A stretch of 64,000 nucleotides of DNA from Octopus vulgaris (GCA_951406725.2 OX597821.1:95108001-95172000); one strand, 5' to 3'; shown: positions 25,995 through 40,529, counted from the first letter of the stretch. Notes: generated by a model from the letters alone, not told the origin. Translations and numbers: made by a program.

Positions 25995-26524
25995 GCATGC
26001 GTGGCTGTGTAATAAGAAGTTTGTTTCCCAACCACATGCTCCCGGGTTCATTTCCACTTTAAAGGTATTTTTTAATATGCTGGCCATTGATAAAATTGTT
26101 TTCGAAAAATTTTATCCTATATTAGATGTAAATTTAATAGTGTTCACTTCCGGACTCTCTCACTCTTTGAAAGTTTTCAGTTCGAATCGCACGTGTCTCG
26201 ATTGGGCTGGAGAATTTCTATTTTGGATATATATATGGGGTACTTAATTGTGCTCGTGGCTTAGTGTTTGCTTCTTCCATATGTATAAGTAAGTATTTCA
26301 TTTATTCCTTTGCCGCGTTTATCACTGACGAAGAGAAGGTTCTTATGAACTAACTCTGAAATCGGGTCTGATATGGTAATAACGGAATTTTTTAGAAATT
26401 TCTATCGGCTTTCTTCGAGATGCGTGCTTGTAGTGATGAATTATATGGTTATGGACGATGTGTCTAGTTTCGGCATATTTGGCATTAGAATTTTTTTTTC
26501 TTTTGCCCTTGTTTATAAGTTGTT

Positions 26525-26562
<38 letters not shown>

Positions 26563-26770
26563 TGTCTGTTTGTCCCCCCCCCCCCCCCAACATCGCTTGA
26601 CAACAGATGCTGGTGTGTTTACGTCCCCGTAACTTAGCGGTTCGGTAAAAGGCACCGATAGAATAAGTACTAGGCTGACAAAGAATAAGTCCTGGGGTCG
26701 ATTTGCTCGACTAAATGCGGTGCTCCAGCATGGACACAGTCAAATGACTGAAACAAGTAAAAGAGTAAAA
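25995..26770 (+). mobile_element. SINE family B head (25995-26060) and tail (26530-26770) separated by a hammerhead-bearing insert
   Basis: Family B motifs at both ends with ~470 bp of unrelated sequence between them. Confidence 0.7.
26320..26373 (+). ncRNA. Type I hammerhead ribozyme motif
   Basis: Stem I TATCA/TGATA; CTGACGA 26325-31; stem II AGAG…GTTC ttat GAAC…CTCT; GAAA 26358-61; TCGG-GTC with the triplet ending at 26368. Confidence 0.75.
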
Positions 26771-27559
26771 GTGTATTCTTATGTTTTCAATAATTTTATT
26801 ATCATTGCTTGCTCTTTTTTTAACGTATGCTAAATAAAAACTTCTAAATAAAATATTATTAGGTTTCAGTCGAAAAATAATCTTTTTCGGGGGGCTTCAA
26901 GTAAAGTTCTTTTCTTAGCCCCAAAAAAAAAAAAAAAAGCGCAGTAGTTTTAAGCGCGTTCAAACACGGGACTTTGTCGATCTAATGTGTCGTCAGCGAG
27001 ATTATTTCGAGTTGACAGGTGGGAGAGGGTGATGTAAAAGTTTGGAAGGACACGTATTTCAATATTAGCACAGCTATTTTCTTTCCAACAGGCGACAGGG
27101 CTGACTAATCCAATCACCCTGATAATAGTACAACTACATATTGTGTGTGTGTGTGTGTGTGTGGCTTAGGTGAAAATTGGCCAAGATCCCAGAAGAAATT
27201 GTACCGATACATTAAGTATACAACGTATACAAAAGCACTCGCACACCAATGCTGTCATTGTCACCAGAGTCCGGCATGCACGCATATATACACACATGCA
27301 CATACACATGCACACACATATACACACACAGATACATATGCACACAGACACAAGCATAGTTGTCCAGATACGTACGTGAGTGTGCGTGCACCTATCTTTC
27401 ACATACGCGTATGTATAATACAAACGAACACATAGATGTATGTATGTTTATTTGTATAACAGACATACACACATTAATATGTGTATGTTTCTCTATATAC
27501 ATATACTGCTCGCTCACACACGTGTGAGTGTGTGTGTATCATATGCACTCATGCAATGA

Positions 27560-28197
<638 letters not shown>

Positions 28198-29661
28198 TCC
28201 CATCTATCGTATGAGAGAAAAAACGAGAAAAAGAATGCTGGATTTAAAATAATGGAAAAGCATATGGTGTGACGAAAAGATGGAATATGCTAAATTTTCC
28301 ACCGAACATTCTGGAAATATCAAAGCAAAACAAATCCAAAGAAAAACGTCTCTTTAATAACTGAAACCTAACTCTTTAACTAGTTTTAGCTCGAAAGCTG
28401 CGGTCATGTTAGGGCTCCGTTTACTCTTCAGCCCATTTATGTACTTTATCTATATTTACGTCCGGAACATTTCTACTTTCTTCCCTAAATGTACTTGAAG
28501 CCTGTAGGTGGTCACTTAATTATTATATAATAATCGTTAAAATTTCCATACTCAAAACCGAAGTTAATGCCTAGCTAGATAGATAGATAGATAGAGTCCG
28601 CTGCCAAGTTGCAACCCGTTGACACATACAAATATTTAAGATGCAATCCTTGTACTTTCACACTATTACTGCTTCCACTCAAAAGATTTTGGCCATGTTG
28701 TGGCACCGATATCAACTAAAATGAAAGTATATCTTAACGACAATGTTTATTTTTGGACTATGCAAGGTCCACATCGTCTAATGTGTTCTGTCCTTACATA
28801 ATATTTGAGGAAGATTTAGCAACTATTTCTTGCAGTATACGCGACCACGCAGAAAATTTCTCATTGTTATTTCTGAAAGACCATCCCCACCGTAATGATT
28901 TGTTTTTTTTTTTCTTTTTATGCATTGTGCATCTTGGACCACATTATACAATGTGTTAGTGCTTTCTTTAAGACAGTACAGTGTGATTTGAGGGTGAATT
29001 TGCAGCTATTTCTACCAAATTAAGTGACCACGTTGAGGCGTCAAGTACTACTTTATAATCGTTCCACCTAGAAGAAATATCACTCAAATATCTCTTAAAT
29101 CACATTCTGCCATCATAAAGCGTATAAAGGATAATGTATTAACGGTTACATTGCTGCTTTTCATCACAGATTTACTTGATCAGGGCTGACGTTATTTGAA
29201 ATAGTAATTAAAACCGAAGTAAAACAATTGTCCCTAACGGAAGTCGAAATATGTATATATGGCTTACTAGATAACTGTGTTACCGATTATGCTACAGATC
29301 GTTTGCCAAAATTAAAGGAACACAGGTGCTAAGGAACATCTGAATTATAAAAAATGGCAGTCGTTAAGTTTCTAATACCAAGGTTCATAAACAATCGTTA
29401 GATGCTTAGTAGAATGATTAGAAAATACAGCTTAAGTTTTTGACACCAAAACAAAACTATCGTGCCATGTGAGACATTTAAATGATTAATAAGTACTCCT
29501 TTAAGTTTATGATGTTATATCTTAACAACTGCTGGGAACTAAGTACTTACTTGTATGCAAATGATGAGAAGATAGACTTTAAGTTATTTTGACACTAAAC
29601 TGATTGTAGGAAGGTAAGATATCTGGATGATTAACAAGCAGACCTGAAATTTAAAACAGAA

Positions 29662-29783
<122 letters not shown>

Positions 29784-29789
29784 TTGAGT

Positions 29790-30079
29790 CGCAATGGCCC
29801 AGTGGTTAGGGCAGCGGACTCGCGGTCGTAGGATCGCGGTTTCGATTCCCAAACCGGGCGTTGTGAGTGTTTATTGAGCGAAAATACCTAAACACACGAT
29901 GATCCGGCAGGGGGGGTGGCGATCCCTGCTGTACTCTTTCGCCCCAACTTTCTCTCACTCTTTCTTCTGTTAGCCTGCTCACTTAGCCAGCGGGGCGGCG
30001 TCATTTGAAGGCTAAAACAATGCAAAGCGCATTGTAACTAGCGACATCTGATAGCCTGGTCAGTCACGGTGATCACGGT

Positions 30080-30080
<1 letters not shown>
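29790..30080 (+). mobile_element. SINE sharing the family C head but with a different 3' body
   Basis: Matches family C up to actttctctcactctt, then diverges (ttcttctgttagcctgctcacttagcc…cacggtgatcacggtg). Confidence 0.85.
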
Positions 30081-30115
<35 letters not shown>

Positions 30116-30146
30116 TTACTAGGAAGGAACAATAATCACCTTCATT

Positions 30147-30221
30147 GACTTACAGCTGTTTCGCCGACAAAGAACTGGTCATCCAAAACTGTGCTAGTCA
30201 TCTTAAAGTTTCATCGGAGCT
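30147..30221 (-). ncRNA. Decayed hammerhead motif
   Basis: Minus: gct-CCGATGA-…-GAAA-CAGCTG-TA-agt; stem II poorly closed. Confidence 0.45.
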
Positions 30222-31086
30222 TTAACATGAAGTCTTTCTTTATTGCGGATACGTGTGTGTGTGCGTGTGTCTACGTGAGTGCGTGTGTATATATTCATAC
30301 ATGAAATATGGCTACTCTAGTGGTCTGTCCGACGTCCGGACGTATGTAATTACCGCTTATACAAAGGCAACTTGCCATATGAGAAAGTTGAGCTACAGAA
30401 TGCAGATAAGATTACATACGAACATTTCTACATTAGTACTTACACAGGGACATACAATATATGCATTGACAAACTAACCGAGCAATCTTCTGATGAAAAA
30501 TACCCATGTGTTGCTCGATCGGAATTCTATTACGTCCACTTCAATGCAATTGTAGAAATCAAACAACTTGAAAGCAAAGAAAATCCAAGCCGTGTATAAC
30601 TTTGAAATTCAACCGTAAAGAAAACTTTCTCGAAACTTTTAAAGAACAACATTTCCTCATCTACTATTAAATATAGTGAAAGTTGAAAGACAGAAATCAT
30701 CATGGCTAAACACATTAGTCTCCTTTGGCCTATTCGTGACTATATCCTCAATATACATGATACATTGGGATTGTGAACAGAATAAGCAATTATACGAATA
30801 ATACGTTCAATATGGGTCTAAACGTTTTCGAATTACGAAAAGATTAAAAAGTTTGTACGGCATTGAACATCCAGAATTAGGATGTTTTATTTAAACAAAA
30901 CGTTTAAATAAACAAGCAAAACATATAATGAAATGAAAACTAATATATATAACGGAATCATCGCACAGCAAAAACACCAAAACACAACATTTAGAAACAA
31001 CAATCACAATTTTCGCTTATGTTGTAGTCTCGTACCAGACTCCAGCTCACCATAAAAGGTTTGTTTGAGGTTTCTGCTGTCATCTT

Positions 31087-31488
31087 ATTTCTTATTTCTT
31101 TATTGCCTACAAGGGGCTAAACATAGAGGAGACAAACAAGGACAGACAAAGGGATTAAGTCGATTACATCGACCCCAGTGCGTAACTGGTACTTAATTCA
31201 TCGTAAAGATGAAAGGCAAAGTCGACCTCAGCGGAATTTGAACTCAGAAATACCTATTTCTTTACAACCCACAAAGGGCTAAAAACAGAAGAGACAAACA
31301 AGGACAGACAGACGGATTAAGTCGATTATATCGACCCCAGTGCGTAACTGGTACTTAATTTATCGACCCCGAAAGGATGAAAGGCAAAGTTGACCTCGGC
31401 GGAATTTGAACTCAGAACGTAGCGGCAGACGAAAGACTACTAAGCATTTCGCCCGGCGTGCTATCGTTTCTGCCAGCTCGCCACCTTC
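31087..31488 (-). mobile_element. SINE family A, dimeric form with TSD
   Basis: Same duplicated-tail layout as 4022-4440; 13-bp TSD ctgctgtcatctt at 31074-31086 and 31489-31501. Confidence 0.92.
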
Positions 31489-31705
31489 CTGCTGTCATCT
31501 TGTCAAAGAAGATGATCTCTCCAGTGATGCCTGTGTTTATACATGTGATTTCCAATGCTGAGGTGTGTCAGCATTTTAAGTACTGCAGGAGCAGGTGAAT
31601 GGGCACTCCAGTGGAGCACCAATAGTACTACGAAAACATCGATGGACAACCACGCCAGGATTTTGAGTCGTCTGCGGCCCGAGTTTCACAAAAGTAAAAG
31701 AGTAT

Positions 31706-31935
31706 TTATTTCTTTACTACCCACAAGGGGCTAAACACAGAGGGGACAAAAAAGGACAGACAAACGGATTAAGTCGATTATATCGACCCCAGTGCGTAAA
31801 TGGTACTTATTTAATCGACCCCGAAAGGATGAAAGGCAAAGTCAACCTCGGCGGAATTTGAACTCGGAACGTAACGACAGACGAAATACGGCTACGCATT
31901 TCGCCCGGCGTGCTAACGGTTCTGCCAGCTCGCCG
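31706..31935 (-). mobile_element. SINE family A, full-length copy
   Basis: Reverse complement of 20094-20324. Confidence 0.92.
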
Positions 31936-32278
31936 TATTGTAAGGACGGCTGCATTATATACTACAATACCTTTTTATGAATTTCTTTCTGATCCCAAAC
32001 ACATGTTTCGAGACTGGCAAAAGTATCAGTTGTCTTTCGGATGCGTGAAGCTATTTCAACATTCAGTGATCATACTTCCTAGATACGAAAATTTATCAAC
32101 AGCTTTGAGCGTGTAACCACCGTCATAAATTGATGGTTCTGCGTAGAGTGATAGAGGAGCGAGCACACAAACACACACACACACACACGCACAGACACAC
32201 ACTCAAATACGTACATACACACACACACACATACATACATACGTATGTATGTGTATGTATATGTTTGTGTGTGTGTGT

Positions 32279-32354
<76 letters not shown>

Positions 32355-34355
32355 ATGTATATATATGCATGGATGTGTGTGTGTGTGTGTTACCATACTG
32401 GTACGCCGCCTTCAGGAATTTTAGTCGAACGAATCGAATCCACTACTTTTTTTTAGGCCTGGTACTTATTCTAACGGTCTCTTGGCCGAACCGCTAAGTT
32501 ACAGGTGCGTAAACACACCAATACCTATAGTCAAACGGTGGGGCGGGGGCGAAGATAGACGGAATGACACACACACACACACACACATACATACATACAT
32601 ACATACATACATACATACATACATACATACATACATACATACATACATACATACATACATACATACATACATACATACATACATAGAATTGTTCGCTAAA
32701 AGTAATCAGAGTCAAGGTTGTTGTCAATGGCCAGGTGTCGTCAAGCCAAGAGACGGGTCTTTTTTCTATCACCCAAGAACAGGAACGGTCTTCCAACGGG
32801 TTCTACCTAATTCCATTTACAATACTTTCCTCAATTAGATTCAGTCGACCTATGATAGAAGATAGTTATCCGACGTGTCTCGCAAAAGAATTGAACCCGT
32901 AGTTGCAAATCAAACTTGTTTAAATACACAGCCATCGTATCTGCGCACATGAAATTCAAACTTTTATCAATGAATACCAAACAAAATAACTAATTTGTTT
33001 TCTTGAGGTTTTATTGACAAGCTGTAGCCAAGTTCTTTTAACGTCATATGCTTGGCTAGCTACAGGTTATCCAACAAACGACATTGATTACACAAGAAAC
33101 GACAGCTATAACAGTCATTAGTGCAAAATACATTAAAATGGTAACCACCTAAGCAAAGAAAAAACTTATATTTGTTTTCATTCGTTAACTATTTTGGTTA
33201 ATAAAGAACTATTTCTTTAGAATGAGAATAGGTGGTGCATATCGAACGTAACCCTGTTTGCTGTCGACATTTTACTTTGAAATTCTACTCATTGCAGTTG
33301 GTATTGAATAGTTTAAAAATGACAAGTTATTGCGCAGTGAAAGGTGATTTATAGTATTCCACACTTCAAGTGCTGAGAATTAGATAGAATATGTTCACAT
33401 AGCAGTTAAATTAACCATATTTAATCTTCCAGTTGTTCAAATCCCACGTAAAATATTAAACGTCAATGAAGCAGGCGACATCTCGATCAAATATGGTTGT
33501 TCAAGTTTAATCGTACATTTGATTTGTGCAAACAAGTCGAAAATATAGTTCAGTAGGTGTTGTGGAAACATTCAATGCCGTTTATCATTTATAAAATGAG
33601 TCTTCAGCTTCATTTCCTTCTATTGCTATTGTTTTTTTTTACTGTTATTGTAATTATTATTTTTCATTTTCATTTCTTTTACTTTCCATAACTCGATTTA
33701 TATTTGTGTGATAGTGCATTGATCTATCAAGTGATTGGTGTCTGTTTTTCCGTTGTTCGATCGGTGTTCTGACGTGGTTAAGCTCTCATTTTATTTCAGA
33801 CATTTTATTTCAAAAAATTCATGAATCAGTAGAGAGCAGGACAATATGTTTTGCGATATTTTGATATGTTATTTTATTATCTTAACTCAAATAATATCAG
33901 AATCGACTTTCATTTCACCGTAGTAGATGAAATAAAGATCAATCAAATAATGAATTCGATTCAATCGACTGTCACTTCTCCAAAATCTCGTAGCTTTGGC
34001 CAATGTCAGAAATCATAATTTAAGAAATTCACTTTCGCAATGTAATTTGCAATCCTATCTAGATAGTAGTGAATGGTTTGAAGAGGTGATGACCACTATT
34101 CGGTCATTCGACAGCGACGATGATGACGCTTACCACGCCACCGTCACCTCGACAGCTTCAATATTTGTTGAGAAACTATAACTAGTTGTTACAGTTCAAC
34201 CGAATAGGTTATTTTAACAACATATCGCAGACTTGGATTGTGAGATTCATTTTTAAAGAAGTTATATAATTCACTACCTATTTTAGCAACAAGTATATAT
34301 ACGTGTGCGTTAGCCACTACACACATTTTTTTCTCTCCTTGTTTTTTCTGTGTCC

Positions 34356-34391
34356 CTTTCTGTAGAAGAGCGTAGGCTCGAAACGTAAAAG
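34356..34391 (+). ncRNA. Minimal hammerhead-like motif (variant core CUGUAGA)
   Basis: CTTT-CTGTAGA-A-GAGC gtag GCTC-GAAA-CG-TA-AAAG inside a ~180-bp (TA)-bounded element (34300-34480) whose second copy is at 13760-13970. Confidence 0.55.
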
Positions 34392-34499
34392 ACTTTTTCT
34401 ATTCCTGAGCGTTATACTAATACATCTGTTTGTTTTGTACACCACCTGTCTTCGTCTTTTGTTTTTTTCGTAAGCTCTCCCTATATATATATATATATA

Positions 34500-34902
34500 G
34501 GCGCGGGAGTGGCTGTGTGGTAAGTAGCTTGCTAACCAACCACATGGTTCCGGGTTCAGTCCCACTGCGTGGCACCTTGGGCAAGTGTCTTCTGCTATAG
34601 CCCCGGGCCGACCAATGCCTTGTGAGTGGATTTGGTAGGCGGAAACTGAAAGAAGCCTGTCGTATATATGTATATATATGTATGTGTGTGTATGTGTTTG
34701 TGTATCTGTGTTTGTCCGCCTAGCGTTGCTTGACAACCGATGCTGGTGTGTTTACCTCCCCGTCACTTAGCAGTTCGGCAAAAAGAGACCGATAGAATAA
34801 GTACTGGGCTTACAAAGAATAAGTCCCGGGGTCGATTTGCTCGACTAAAGGCGGTGCTCCAGCATGGCCGCAGTCAAATGACTGAAACAAGTAAAAGAGT
34901 AA
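34500..34902 (+). mobile_element. SINE family B, full-length copy
   Basis: tRNA-like head (gtggctgtgtggtaag…ggttccgggttcagtccc), internal (TA)/(TG) tract, tail gtaaaagagtaaaa. Confidence 0.92.
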
Positions 34903-36138
34903 AAAAATATATATATATATAAGGTCTACGAGCGTGTAACATATCCCCATTCCCTATTTCGTTAGAGAATATTAAACAGTGTTTTTAGTGTTTAACGTAT
35001 ATTTAATGTTTATTGGAATATGTAGATACAATAAAGCAGAAAAAAATACTTGGACAAAATATGGATAGAGAACAGCAAGAAAAAATCTTTTTTTAATAAT
35101 AACATTCCTGTAATTTACAAGAGAAAACAAAAGCAGTTCAGCTGTAGCAGAAAACATTTTATAACAACATGCTACCATTAGAGATAAAAAGTACTGGTAA
35201 ACCAGGAAATCAGACGAGAGAAAACTGTCATTTGCAGTAAAAATATCATACTTGAATGCAATAATAAAACATGGCATATAAGAACAAAAGCCCTTTAGCT
35301 ATAGCAGAGAATATTTTGCACAAAACAAGTTACCATTATCGTTGAACATAAAGCAGGAAATCAGACAAGAACAATGATTTACATTGAAAATACCATGCCG
35401 ATCATGAATGTAGTTGTAAAACATTACAAAAGAGGACAACAGCAGCTTAGCAATAGCAGAAAATATTCTAATATTTTGTTGTTATAATCTCCTGCTATTT
35501 TCTGTGCACTAGATATTTTGTAGTCATTGATAAGTCTTGCCTTTCTTCGTCAATCTGTTGCATCAAACTTGTGTTCCTGCTGTAACCCTATATCTTTTGT
35601 TAGTCATCAAATTTCCCGGCCTCATTAATTATCATTTATCATTTTTCCTGCTTTGTTCATTTGTCGGCCAGATTTTTAACTCTTCCTCAAATTTTGACTA
35701 ATGTGAGATTTGGCAGTGAAGGTTCTGTTTACATTTTTTAGTAGTTTGGTATTGTTGTTCTAGCTTCAATCCTTCTCTTGTCCTTTTTTCTCACTACAGC
35801 TTTTCTACCATACTCACTAGCAGAGTTTATCATTTTTACGTTGTGTTTAGTTTATGAGGTTTCCTTTTGAGGCTAAAATCCTCCTCTGCATTGTTATTGT
35901 TGTGATAATACTCATTATACAACAATGCCCATACTGTGATAAACACCATCAGTAACTGGTTGTGAATATTCACTGAAGCAAAATTAAATGAGAACCACAA
36001 TCCTTAAGAATCTACTTGAAATATTTCTTCGTCATGCAGGTCACTAACACACCTCAACTTTTTACTCAGCTGACGAATATTTTTATTTCCTCTTCTCATT
36101 CCTTTCTCTCTCTTTTCCTGTATCTCTCCCACCTTCCC

Positions 36139-36188
<50 letters not shown>

Positions 36189-37418
36189 ATCTATCTATCT
36201 AGCTATTTCTATCTCTCTAGTTATTATCTCACTATCTCCTCGTTCTCTCTCTCTCTCTCTCTCCCTCTCGCATTCTATCTTTCTCTTATAGCCTACAATC
36301 TGGGTAAAACGCATTAAAAGTTACCGATTTCCTCAAAGTCATGACACTGGAAAGTCTGGGAGCGGTGATGTGACTTTGAAAGTGAAGCGGCTAAACATTT
36401 TAAAAGGGGGGTAAGGCGGCAAGCCAGTGCACAAACTGTCTAAAAAGACAGCTCCAGTTGTGATTTGATGTTTACTTTGAATTAGCAGACAACAGCTAGA
36501 CTCGAGTAACAGGCAATCGCATAAGTTGATCACAGAAAATACAACAACATGGCGGAAACAGCGACAAATATTTTCTTTTTATTCTTATTCTTATTTAATT
36601 CCTAACTACTTTACTTCCGTATTGAGTGAGAATAAAAGAAATAACAATAATAATAAAAATAACAAAGGTGAGACTAGAAAATACAACCAGAAAAATTCGT
36701 GTTTATTTACTTAATAAATTTGCTCCTATATGCTCCTTTACATCTCCATTTCCTTTACATTTTTCTTTTGTTATTTTTATATACGTTCTCTCCTACTGAT
36801 ATTTCGTTATATCTAAGGGTCAATCCTTGAGTGGGACTCATTATGCTCATTAATATGTAGGCTCCTTTTTTTATTATCTGGCTCCTTTTTTTAATCCAGT
36901 AATGGCAACTGTGAAAACACTGGACAAACAATATTTTGAGATCAACATCAAAGTAGGAAACTTGCCGTTATAGACGAGACGTGACGGAATGATCAGCCAT
37001 TTAATGGTTTTTCCTAATTAGCCAACTCCGTTATAATAACAGGTTCGTGGGGTGAAATGCTGAACAAAATACACTGTAGTCTAGTTACAGCCTCTTTTAT
37101 GCTCCGAGTTCAAATTTCGCCTACAATGCTTTCTGTTTCATGCTTCTAAAAGATCGATAAGAAAAAAATATACAGGTCAAGTAAGTACTGGCAATCGATA
37201 AAATCGACTGTACCTCTCTGAAAAAAATATCCGATGGAGCAGAAATAAACTGGGGAGTACTTGTCCTCTGACGAACCGTAAAACATATCAGTACATTCAC
37301 CTTATTTTCTTGCGTACGAAGAGAATAACAAAACCTATTTGTACCTTTTTAAAATACCATAGCAAAAGGCATTAAACATATAGTTCAACTGCCATATATA
37401 GTTGTATGTGTGTGTGTG

Positions 37419-37451
<33 letters not shown>

Positions 37452-37453
<2 letters not shown>

Positions 37454-37868
37454 TTACTCTTTTACTCTTTTACTTGTTTCAGTCATTTGACTGCGGTCAT
37501 GCTGGAGCAGCACCTTTAGTCGAGCAAATCGACCCCGGGACTTATTCTTTGTAAGCCAATACTTATTCTATCGGTCTCTTTTGCCGAACCGCTAAGTGAC
37601 AGGGAAATAAACACACCAGCATCGGTTGTCAAGCAATGCTAGAGGGACAAACACAGACACACAAACATATACACACACACACATACATATATACATACAT
37701 ATATATGACAGGCTTCTTTCAGTTTCCGTCAACCAAATCCACTCACAAGGCTTTGGTCGGCCCGAGGCTATAGCAGAAGACACTTGCCCAAGATGCCACG
37801 CAGTGGGACTGAACCCGGAACCATGTGGTTGGTTAGCAAGCTACTTACCACACAGCCACTCCTGCGCC
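37452..37868 (-). mobile_element. SINE family B, full-length copy
   Basis: Reverse complement of 34500-34902 and 43654-44118. Confidence 0.92.
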
Positions 37869-37927
37869 TGTGTGCGAATATGCGTAAACGTACACTCACA
37901 TACACTCACACACACGCGCACGCGTGC

Positions 37928-37960
<33 letters not shown>

Positions 37961-38399
37961 CGTGCTTATACCATTGTCCATCTTTCTTTTCCTCCACGAC
38001 GTCCTAAGTACTGGACGTCGTTTATCTCTCTCTTCTATCTCTTCTCTTTTCAAAGAAAATATTTCTCCAGCGTTCGCTATTTTACCTTCGTTTTGGTCTA
38101 ACGACCCTCCATGTTTGTTTTTGTTCGGTTTCCCTGTAACTCTCTGCTGTCCTGTTTTTGTTCCCAACTTTGACCCTCCATAAATTCAAAATTTTATTTT
38201 GGTAATTACGGGAGCAGCTGTCTTCAAAGACTCATATTGTCATTCAGTGCTAGAAATGAGGAGTTAACAGACAGCTGACAATTGATGAAGGGTCGTTCTT
38301 TATGTTACTTGTCCTGTTTTCCATTTTTTCTCTCATTTGCGTATTTAACTCATTTGTTTTCGTATTTCAAGTTGCTTACTGTTTGTGACGTCCTGTACC

Positions 38400-38501
<102 letters not shown>

Positions 38502-39537
38502 CGGTTCGGCGAAAGAAACCGATAGAATAATTACCTGGCTTACAGAGATTAAGTTCAGGAGTCGATTTCTTCGACTAAAAGGCGGTGCTCCAGCATGGCC
38601 ACAATCAAAATGACTGAAACAAGTAAAAGAATAAAAGAATACACACACACACACACATACACACAAACACACACACACAAACACACACACACACACACAA
38701 ACACACATCCATAAAATACTTAAATGTGTGTGTGTGTGTAAAGCTAGCGTTGCTCTTTAAAAGTATCGAAACTACAAACATCTAAAGATAGACAGCTGAT
38801 GAATATTTTTTTTCATCAGTCCGTTCTGTTTTCATCGCTTGTGCTCAATTTCCTCCATTTATGATACCGACGCATTCAGCCTTGTTTAATTACGTTTCGT
38901 TTAAATTACCTTCTCTCTCTCTCTCCCTCCTCTCTCTCTCTCTCTCTCTCTCTCCTTCTCTCTCCCTTCCTTCCTTCCTCCCTTTCTTTGTCTCTTTTTT
39001 CTTTCTTTTACAAATCGTTCGGCTTCTGCCCCCGTCATACCACCCTTGCTACTTCCCTTCTGCTACTTCCCTTGCTACTTCCCTTGCTACTTCCCTACTT
39101 TTCTCAGTGAACACAGTAATTTCTGCATTTCTACGCTGCGTCCTTCATTTGCTCTCGAGATTAATGTTCGAACATCTTATCTCAAAGCTTTGTCTTATTT
39201 TGCAGAGTTTCTCATGCCCCAATTGAGTTACGTTGTTTTATTTTCATCGTAAAAAAATAATACTCTACTTTTCCCTGTCCCGGTCGCTAAAACTTGAATA
39301 CACATTTTCCTAACTTTATATCATCCTTAACAATCACTTCTTATAGGCATTTTTACGCCACAACTAGAGATGTCTTGAGACATCGAGACCACAGGAATAC
39401 CGAGAGAGACAGATATATATATATATAGTCAATTCAAAGATCTTATTCTCATTAGGTATTAATGAATTCAAAATTTCACTGGTTTAATCTCCATCACTTT
39501 AGAAGAAAATTTTCACGATGCTTTATGGATTATTGTA

Positions 39538-39949
39538 ATAGGTAAAATTAATAATCTAAGAAAATGAAGAGTTGAGGATGTATAGTTAATTTATTTGCGT
39601 CATAGTTTGTTGTTAAGATATAGATACGAATAATTTTTGTTTTTAATGAAATACTATGTTCAACTTCTTTAGTTGTAGGCTTGAATTCCTCAAAGAAAGA
39701 TGCAGCCTTCGTTTCTATCAAAACAAAAACCCTTACCGCCTACAGCTTAAATTCTAAACATTGGATTTTACCCAAATGTTTTGAATTATGCATTACCAAG
39801 GGGCCAGAATTAAAACATTTGTTGGTTGTTCGAGTCTCTTCTATTGCGTTTTTTGAAAATCTATTTGTATCTTAACAACAAACTACGATGCAAATAAATT
39901 AACTATATATTCTCAACTCTCCATTTCTTGTATTATTAATCTTACCTAT
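39538..39949. repeat. Imperfect ~88-bp inverted repeat (39538-39626 / 39862-39949)
   Basis: aggtaaaattaataat…tagtttgttgttaagata versus tatcttaacaacaaacta…attattaatcttacct. Confidence 0.85.
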
Positions 39950-40019
39950 ATATATATATATATATATATAGATCAATAAATGGTGGGGTTGTGTTGACCG
40001 CACGTGGAGAAATGATAAG

Positions 40020-40345
40020 TAAGGAAAAATTTTTTTTAAATGCAGAATGCTCAAATGAAAGAAAATTTTAATAAAATGAGAAATTGATAAAATATATAAA
40101 TATATATTTATTCAACCGGTTTTCGTCATTGTATGACTTGTCAAGAATATTTATGTTTTAAGAAGTTTTTTTAAAAATTAGAAAGGGGAAAAAACTTCTT
40201 AAAACTTCTTAAAACATAAATATTCTTGACAAGTCATACAATGACGAAAACCGGTTGAATAAATATATATTTATATATTTTATCAATTTCTCATTTTATT
40301 AAAATTTTCTTTCATTTGAGCATTCTGCATTTAAAAAAAATTTTT

Positions 40346-40350
<5 letters not shown>
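40020..40350. repeat. Perfect 150-bp inverted repeat with 31-nt spacer
   Basis: 40020-40169 is the exact reverse complement of 40201-40350. Confidence 0.97.
40221..40261 (+). ncRNA. Hammerhead motif with U3-A8 variant core (mirror copy on the minus strand at 40109-40149)
   Basis: TATTC-TTGACAA-GTCAT aca ATGAC-GAAA(A)-CCGG-TT-GAATA. Confidence 0.6.
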
Positions 40351-40428
<78 letters not shown>

Positions 40429-40455
40429 AACTTTATTTAGAAAATTCTACAAAAC

Positions 40456-40493
40456 CTGTTACTCTGAGTTTCAAGTTGCCGTTCATCGGACAG
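40456..40493 (-). ncRNA. Hammerhead-like motif, partly decayed
   Basis: Minus: CTGT-CCGATGA-acg gcaa ctt-GAAA-CTC a GAG-TA-ACAG. Confidence 0.55.
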
Positions 40494-40529
40494 TTTTTCC
40501 ACCTTGTTTCACATTTATGTGTTTACTCC

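Noticed and set aside
30479-30517. CTGATGA within a cgagcaa/ttgctcg stem
   Set aside because: No GAAA or stem III; not a hammerhead, and no convincing C/D box pair.
38796-38819. CTGATGA as a hammerhead core
   Set aside because: It pairs with its own complement TCATCAG, and no stem II-GAAA-stem III follows.
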